Below are positions 56,630 through 64,000 of a stretch of DNA of 64,000 bases, one piece after another. Positions within the stretch are counted from its first letter, which is position 1, and each line of letters begins with the position of its first letter. Both the position numbers and the translations under genes were made by a program. The stretch is from Neocallimastix sp. 'constans' (taxonomy: Eukaryota). The notes under the pieces were generated by a model, which saw only the letters and a program-made list of their open reading frames with translations, was not told the origin of the DNA and searched no databases. The stretch is taken from NCBI GenBank assembly GCA_050613775.1, contig JBODTK010000123.1, positions 434,001 to 498,000 on the forward strand. Reading direction: 5' to 3'.

Positions 56630-57870
56630 ATTTGAAAACTAAATTTACACTGTAAATTTTGTCATTTGTACTCCCGAGATACTTTTAGTTAATGGATCAG
56701 CTAACATGTTTTCAGTATTAATGTATTTCTAATTCAATTTTGTTTTTCATGAAAAGACGAGAAGATCTACAAGTGGATATATATTTTTACTTGGAAAAAG
56801 CCCTTTTTCATGGAAATCTCAGTTAGAGAAAAACGTAACTTTATCTACTGCTGAAGCTGAATTTGTTAGTTTAACTGAGTGTACTAAAACAAGCTTTATG
56901 GTTTTTGGTTCAAAAATTTATTTAAGGAAATATTTAATCAAGAAATAAAATTTAAAATTATGGTTGATAACAAAGCATGTACTGCAATTGCTCAAGATAC
57001 AAATTCTAAAGGAAGATGTAAGCACATAGACATAAGATATAAATTTATTCAAGAAGATATGAATCCGAGTATCCGATAAATTTATTATCTTTATTATAAT
57101 GTATAGATTTTATTTTTTTTACACCTTTTAAATATTGTAAGATATTCATTAAATTTTTATAATCAGCTTCTGTTGGATTTTCACATATTCTTGAGACTTC
57201 GCTTACTGAAAACATTTTATCAGGTCTTGGCTTTACAGCGATATATAGTAACGCACTAAGTAAAGATTTATATTTTTTTTTTTTGGAATTTATTAAATTT
57301 GAATTATTTCTTTCATATTTCGTAATTTTCCCTCATGGTGTTTTTATTTGTTTTGTTTTCTTCATATTATATTTTTCTATTTTTTTTTATTAATATAATC
57401 TATCTGATTTATTTTATAACCATTAACTTGTTTTATAAATATTTATTCCTATTATTTTAGTCACATTAGAATCTTTAGAAAATTTTATATTTATCTTTTA
57501 ATTTGTTTACAGTATAGTTTATTTCATTTTTAATCCCTATTACTAAAATATTCATCTACATATAATGTTAGTAAACATGTTAATTTATTATTTTATATGA
57601 TATTTTCCAAAGAGACATTTGTCAGTTTTGTATTTTCTAAAGCCTATACTTACTAAGTAATGTGATATTTCATTATATTACATTCTTCCAGTTTGTTTTA
57701 AACCATAAAGAGCTTTTTTTAAGTAGCCATAATTTATTAGTATTAAAATTTTTATCACCATAAGGAATCTTTGTATAAATCTTTTCTTTCAAATCTGCAT
57801 ATAAGTAAGCAGCTTTTATAGCTAATTGTTTCAAATCTCAGTTAAATTCTGATACAATTGCAATTTTCCA
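56630..57870 (-). mobile_element. Ty1/copia RT-RNase H remnant with an internally inverted segment
   Basis: Minus strand: QLAIKAAYLYADLKEKIYTKIP..LKKALYGLKQTGRM, LTLYVD, FIGYSDS and ENMLADPLTK. Plus strand 56751-57062: RRSTSGYIF..SWKS..LSTAEAEFVSL..VDNKAC..KHIDIRYKFIQ. Confidence 0.9.
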
Positions 57871-57894
57871 TTTTTCACTTCATACATTAAATAA

Positions 57895-58373
57895 ATATTT
57901 GACCGCTTTGGGTCTTATATTATATATGGATTATAATCTTTGGTAGAAAATTTATATTTTTCAATTTGTTGATTTAAAACTAAAGAACATATTGGGATTT
58001 TGTTTTTATAATTATAAATTAAACTTAATATATAAGAATTATCAAAAAAAAATTTAAATTCATTAAAGATAATATCTAATAAAGTGGCATGTATCATCTC
58101 TCTTTATTAATTTTTTTTTTTTTATTAATTTGGAAGATATATTTAAATATTTCATGCATTTTTCTGTTATAAATTGTAATTGTTCAGGAGAAAGGCGACC
58201 GTTGTTATATATATCCAGAATAATATCTTTTTTTACTTTTTTTTTTTTTTTATTAAATTTTCATTACATAAATATTCAATCTCTTTAATATTTTTGATAT
58301 CAATAACTTTTATATATGTTTCAATATTAAATTTGTATTCTTGACTATCTAAATTCCTATTCCTTGTTTCCAT
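57895..58373 (-). pseudogene. Frameshifted fragment resembling the N-terminal domain of gut-fungal ankyrin-family proteins
   Basis: DIILDIYNNGRLSPEQLQFITEKCMKYLNISSKLIK...TLLDIIFNEFKFFFDNSYILSLIYNYKNKIPI..LNQQI. Family assignment is from memory, not a search; the fragment is truncated beside the copia remnant. Confidence 0.5.
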
Positions 58374-58724
58374 TTTCTTTTAAGATAATTTTTGTTTTAA
58401 CATTATTAGAATATAAGAATTTTTTTGATATTCTGTAAAATTCAATTAATAATACAATAGTAGTTATATTAGTATGTATAGATTAATAGATTATTTTATA
58501 ATATAATTAGATGATTGAAAACAATATGTGAATAAACATTCTTGTATAGTTAATAAATATATAATATTAAATTAATAACATTATTAATCGTAAACATTTT
58601 ATTTTTCAATATTGATTAAAATTATACCAATTTATAATACTTAATTTATATAAATATATTATTTCTATATATTAAAATATATTATTAATATATTACCTAT
58701 TTCATAAATATATTAAATTAGTAG

Positions 58725-58755
<31 letters not shown>

Positions 58756-60317
58756 GTCACTTCTGTAATTTTTAAGAATTTGTTCTATTTTATTATATAA
58801 AGATATTATAATTAAATATCTTTATTACAATTAAATTAATAATAATGAAATTAACTTAACTATCAATATTTCAAAAACCCCACTACCTATAAATTATTGT
58901 ATTTATAAATCTTGTATATATCAATAATTGGTCGAGATATCGATATTGTGTCTGTTTAAAAAAAAATTAAAATTATGTTTTCTTATTCGAAGAGAGAGTA
59001 ATAAAAAGATATGCTATTATAGTGTATTATTTTAAAATAAGTATTCAGAAAATCTTTAAAATGATAATGATTATAATGAAAATATATAAATAAAAATAAT
59101 AATAATAAAAATATTTTAAATAATTTAAATATAGCAAACAAAATAAAAAAATAAAAATTTTTGAAGGGTTAAATTTTAAAAATAATGTTTTAAAAAAATA
59201 ATAGTAGTGTGAAATAAAAATATTGTTTATAGTACATGCTAAGATACCTATATTAAATACTAGCATATACATATAAAATAGATATAAATCGAGAATTTTC
59301 TTCCTAAATAGTTATAAGAATTTTCAACTAGTAATGGCTTGATTATTTTTTTTTTATACCTACATGTTGAAAAACAATAAATTATCATTTAAAATTGAAT
59401 TAAATATTAAATAATATACTAATATTACTATTTATTATATGTAAAATTTAAAATGAAAAAAGTAAATGAAACACTTTAAATATTTTTATGATAAAATTAA
59501 AATGAATTTTTATTAAAAAAAAAAATAAATAACAGAAAATAATAAAATTTAAATCGTTAATTCTTAACAATAGATTTAGAGTTAATGGTATAAATGAACT
59601 ACATGAGTTTGTATACGGTAAATCGAGGGGAATATTAGTAATTGTTGATAATAAGAAACAGGACGTGTTTTAGGATTATATTATTTAATAATTACTATTT
59701 TTATTACTATTAATATATTAATATATAATATGAAAAAAAAAAAAAAAAAAAAAACTAAAAGAAAATTTATTATAAGAAAAAAAAAAAAAAATTACCATTG
59801 CCAAAAAAAAAATAATTTCATTATTAAAAAAAAATAGTATTTTTGAAATATACAACATAATAATATACTCAATTTATAATGTTCTTATTAATGTTGGTAA
59901 TAATTGATCATTTATAATAAGCTTCATTAATCATTTTAATAAATATTTAAAATGATATTACATTAATTATATTTCATAGTTATTATAATTATTATTTTTC
60001 TCTAATCCTATTAATTTAATATCATATTTACAATAATAACAACAACAATTTTTTTTTTTATATTAAATTTTTATTACATCTGTTACGGATTTATATTTAA
60101 TTTTATCATACATATTTATTTTTATTTTCATTTATTATATCAAATTCTTTTAATAATTCATATTTCTTATTTTTATATATTATTTTAATATTTTTCTATA
60201 TCAGTTTATATTTTTAATTTATTTTGAAATAATAAAGAATTTTTTATTCATTATTATTAACAATAATTTTTGTTTGCTTGCTTTTTTATTTATACTTTAG
60301 TGCTTTTAATTTTGAAA

Positions 60318-60381
<64 letters not shown>

Positions 60382-60386
<5 letters not shown>

Positions 60387-61401
60387 GATTATACGATTTT
60401 AAAAGGGTATCTATATTATCAATAATACGTTGGGTTTTATAATTATTATCTAAACCATAGATAATTGTGAAGCTGAAATTATCAGCCAAAGTTTCTTCTG
60501 GATCAATTATATATGATGTATTTTCCCCAAACACCTCATAAAAATTAGAGGCTTCCTCTATTGGATAAATGGTATGAAGATCATCAATAGGTACAAGTCC
60601 TACAAGTTGTATTTCTTCACTAGAAAATCGTTCACCTTCTTCTTCGAAATGCTTGGTTGTTGATAATACAACAACACATTTTTTCTTTTCACCATTAATT
60701 TCGAAAGTGGCATAAGAATTATGATGTTCCACATCAGGGTTACTTATAATTCTATCAGCAATTTCCTTTGGAAAAACAAAATCCTGGTCTACAATGGTAA
60801 AATCTATGATATTATACATAGACTTACGAAAATCAGGAAAATTTCGAGTGAAACAATGAAATAGTTCATGACCAATAACATAATTAAATACATCATATTC
60901 GTAATCTTCCGTTGCTATACTTAATACATCAGGTCCTAAGTAAATTTGATTTCCGTGAGTATAAGCACCTTGTCTACATTCTTCAACTGTGGTTGTTTTT
61001 CCAAAGACTATATCGTTAAGGTGTGGAAGTCGATAACTACGATCATTACAATTCTTCAGGAAGACACTAATAGCATTATTTATTGCTGATTTTTCTTCTT
61101 CAGTAAAATCTCTAACTTCATTTATAACAATTTCTTCTAATTCCTCTAAAGTTGCATTTACTTTTTGAACACGGAAATCTAGGTCTTGTTGATTTAAGTT
61201 ATCATAATAATCACGGTTAGATAAAAGAAGAGCGGCTGTTTCATTTGCACTTGCAAAATGGTAATTTATTTCATTTTTATACGATTTATTTTTTTTAATT
61301 TTTATAATCTTTTTATTTTTCGGATTTATACATTTAGCATTAATTAGATTATTTGATATCAAAGATATTAATACAATTAAAAAAAAGAAATGCAATTTCA
61401 T
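60382..61401 (-). CDS. Secreted HEXXH (zincin-like) putative metallopeptidase, 339 aa, intronless
   Basis: Signal-peptide-like MKLHFFFLIVLISLISNNLINA; GAYTHGNQIYL, HELFHCFTR, SNPD and YIIDPEETLADNF (candidate third-ligand Glu); complex amino-acid composition. Confidence 0.85.
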
Positions 61402-61925
61402 TTTTATTTTTATTTTTATTATTATTATTTTTTTTTTATATATTTAATTAAAAGTTGATAATATCTATTAATTAATGGCTATTATTATAAATATATATTT
61501 AATTGTTTATTTGGTTTTGAATTTTTAATTCTTAACTTTTATTGTTTTTATTTTTTATTTTTTATTTTTTTTTTTTTTTTTATGCTTTGTTTTGTTTTTA
61601 TATTTATTTTTTATTTTTTATTTTTTATTTTTTTTATCTTTAGGCAATTGTTATTTTTTTATCCAATAATATAAAATAAAATGTTACACTAAAAGAAATA
61701 AAGATTTAATACCACTAAATTTTGACTAGGGGTGTTAAAGTGAATAACTTATTTATTTTAAGTATAAATAATATATATAATTAATAAGTAATATAAATTC
61801 TTTGTTTAAGGATTATCTTAGGAAAACTCCTGAATTTGACACCAAAATCAACGAAAATCTCAAAAAAACGTAGCAATGTCTCCCTTATGAATTCTTAACT
61901 CTAAATTTTTTTGAAATTTTTTATT

Positions 61926-62006
61926 GGAGAGTTGCATTTCCTCAAGTGGGATGTCATTAATATGCAAATATTTATTAATACGCCACTTTATGAAATGTAA
62001 CTCTCC
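61926..62006. mobile_element. 81-bp minimal MITE of the same TIR family
   Basis: GGAGAGTTGCATTTCCTCAAGTGG ... CCACTTTATGAAATGTAACTCTCC inverted termini; the TSD is only partially matched. Confidence 0.75.
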
Positions 62007-62297
62007 TACTTATTTGCAATATTTAATTTTATAATGTTTATTTAATAATCAATATTATTTTAATATTATTTATTTTTTTTAATATTTAAATATTTACTTT
62101 GAGAAAATAAATAATATCAATATTAATAATATTTATTTATTTTTTTTTTCAATATTCAAATAACATCAATAATAATAATATTTTATTTATTCATAATAAA
62201 CTTTTGATATATTTTATGTTTTAAATTTAATAACATATTGACTTTGTAAAATTTTTAATAAAACATATTATTTTATTAAAGTCAATATATCTATATA

Positions 62298-62350
62298 GGG
62301 GGTTGTGCATTTCACAATGTGGCGTATAATATTTTTTAAATAAAGCCATA
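62298..62350 (+). mobile_element. Orphan MULE/MITE-like terminal repeat
   Basis: GGGGGTTGTGCATTTCACAATGTGGCGTATAA resembles the TIRs at 30945-31002 and 61926. Confidence 0.4.
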
Positions 62351-62410
62351 CATTTTTAAGTTATTCTATTTAATTATAATTAATTTGAATAAATGAAATT
62401 ATTATAGATA

Positions 62411-63151
62411 TGTTGTAAACATATATAAAACATAATATAAATATAATACACGTGACGTCAATTGTTGAATTGAAATTAATTATTGATATAAACCTTATTT
62501 ATTAATATTCTCAGAATTATTATATTTAACTGAAATTGAGATTTTAATTCAGTTAAAATTTCAACAATGCCCTCCCCTAAAAATCGGATTTAAGATGATT
62601 TTTGTGTAACGATAAGGAGGTCTAAATTTTTTGTTAAAAGATTTTTTTTGAAATTTCATAAATTAAATTTTTTTTTTTTTTTAATTTTTGGAGGAGGAAG
62701 GTCACTTGAGTGCTTTTAAATTTTTATAGGAAACCCCGTTGAAGTGACCATTTCATTGAAATTTTGAAATTCCTAAAAATTTAATAAAATTAAAATTTTG
62801 TTATGAAAGTTGATGTTTGTAAATGTAATGATACAATTTTTAAATGTTTTTGGTGAAAAATTTTTTTGAAATTGAAAATTTGAAATTTTAATTCTTATTA
62901 ACTTTTTAATTTTATACATTAACATTTAAAAAATTGAAAATAATAATAATTTATAAATCTTTGATTATATTGAATTATAAATTGATAGTTAATAGTGTAA
63001 TATAGCTATGTTTTTTTTTTGAATTTTGAAATTTTGAAATTGCAATTTCATGTTGGAAATATTGAAAAATTAAACTTAATTAAAAATTGATAATAATAAA
63101 AGTAAAAGTTTAAAAATTAATAAATAAAAAAAATAAAATTTTCAAAAAAAA

Positions 63152-63182
<31 letters not shown>

Positions 63183-64000
63183 ATATAATCGAAGTAAACT
63201 TCCTTCCATTCTTTAAATATAATAAATAAATGTCTTGATTTCTTGAGTTGTTTTTTCAACTTCTTCTAAAGGAACCCAATCATTTGTATTTTTATATTTA
63301 TACCTTACACGATATTCATAACAATTTTTCTTATAGTTAGTCCTAAATTCAGAGATTTCAATAATTTCCTTAATAGATTCGTCATGAGATCTTCTTTTTC
63401 TATATTCTGGAGGAGTAGGAATGAAAGGCTCAAGCTCAGATATATGGAATATTGGATGATGTTTAGGGAAAGGAGATCTTTTTAAATTTATTTAATAATT
63501 ATTATTATCAAAAAGCTATCAAGTACTTTATAAGGTCCGTACTTACAAGGTGATAATTTAGAATTATCTTTGATATTGAGAGAAGGAGGAATTTGAACCC
63601 ATACTAAGTCACCTTCTTTAAAAACAGGAGGTTCTAATCTTTTCTTATCAGCATGCCTTTTATATAATTCTTTGGAAACGTAAGTAAGACGTCTTTTATG
63701 TGATTAAAACTAGTATTTACATTTTTTAATATATTTTAAATTAGTATCCATTTGAGATAATAAAAAAAATTCGTCCATGGAAGGATGGAACCTATAATTT
63801 ATAAAGAAAGGAGTTTCCTTGGTAAATTCATTAACAGAAATTATTATATGAAAATTCTGCAAGGTAGATCCTCTTTCTGTATAAATATCTCGAGGTAAAC
63901 CATGTAGTTTAAAGATATTATTCATAAAAAGCCTAAGCAGTTTGTTTTGCATCCGGTATTGGTTTAAAGGGAATTAAGTGGATCATTTTAGAAAAACAAT
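62411..64000 (-). mobile_element. Ty3/gypsy chromovirus 3' end: integrase, chromodomain, PPT and short LTR (degenerate, continues beyond window)
   Basis: CFSKMIHLIPF..IFKLHGLPRDIYTERGS; ETPFFINY; FKEGDLVWV..KLSP..YGPYKVL (GPY/F); HPIFHISELEP; chromodomain-like YEYRVRYKYKNTNDWVP. PPT AGGGGAGGG at ~62570-62578 is followed by TGTTG at 62566; the LTR ends CAACA at 62463 or 62411. Confidence 0.88.

Overview
Extremely AT-rich, intron-containing eukaryotic DNA, most consistent with an anaerobic gut fungus (Neocallimastigomycota; inferred from base composition, Asn-rich proteins and repeat families). Host genes, with GT-AG exon models read by hand: the 3' part of proteasome alpha-4/PSMA7 (PRE6; +, 869-2583); a 1534-aa Met30/SconB-type F-box/WD40 protein with a long Asn/Met-rich extension (-, 9504-15243); an Osh6/7-ORP5/8-type lipid transfer protein (+, 50553-53154); and an intronless secreted HEXXH protein of possible bacterial origin (-, 60382-61401). 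Other content: a frameshifted ankyrin-repeat gene, a decayed tRNA-Gly(TCC), and a ~15 kb ORF-free region upstream of MET30. Mobile DNA: a full-length MULE (39966-45344; 9-bp TSD, intact transposase, internal minisatellite, GC-rich cargo), related MITEs, and LINE, Ty1/copia (one with an internal inversion) and chromodomain Ty3/gypsy remnants. There is also a 2.4-kb array of a constant ~31-bp unit separated by variable (TTTTA)n tracts. No CRISPR-Cas or other prokaryotic system is supported.
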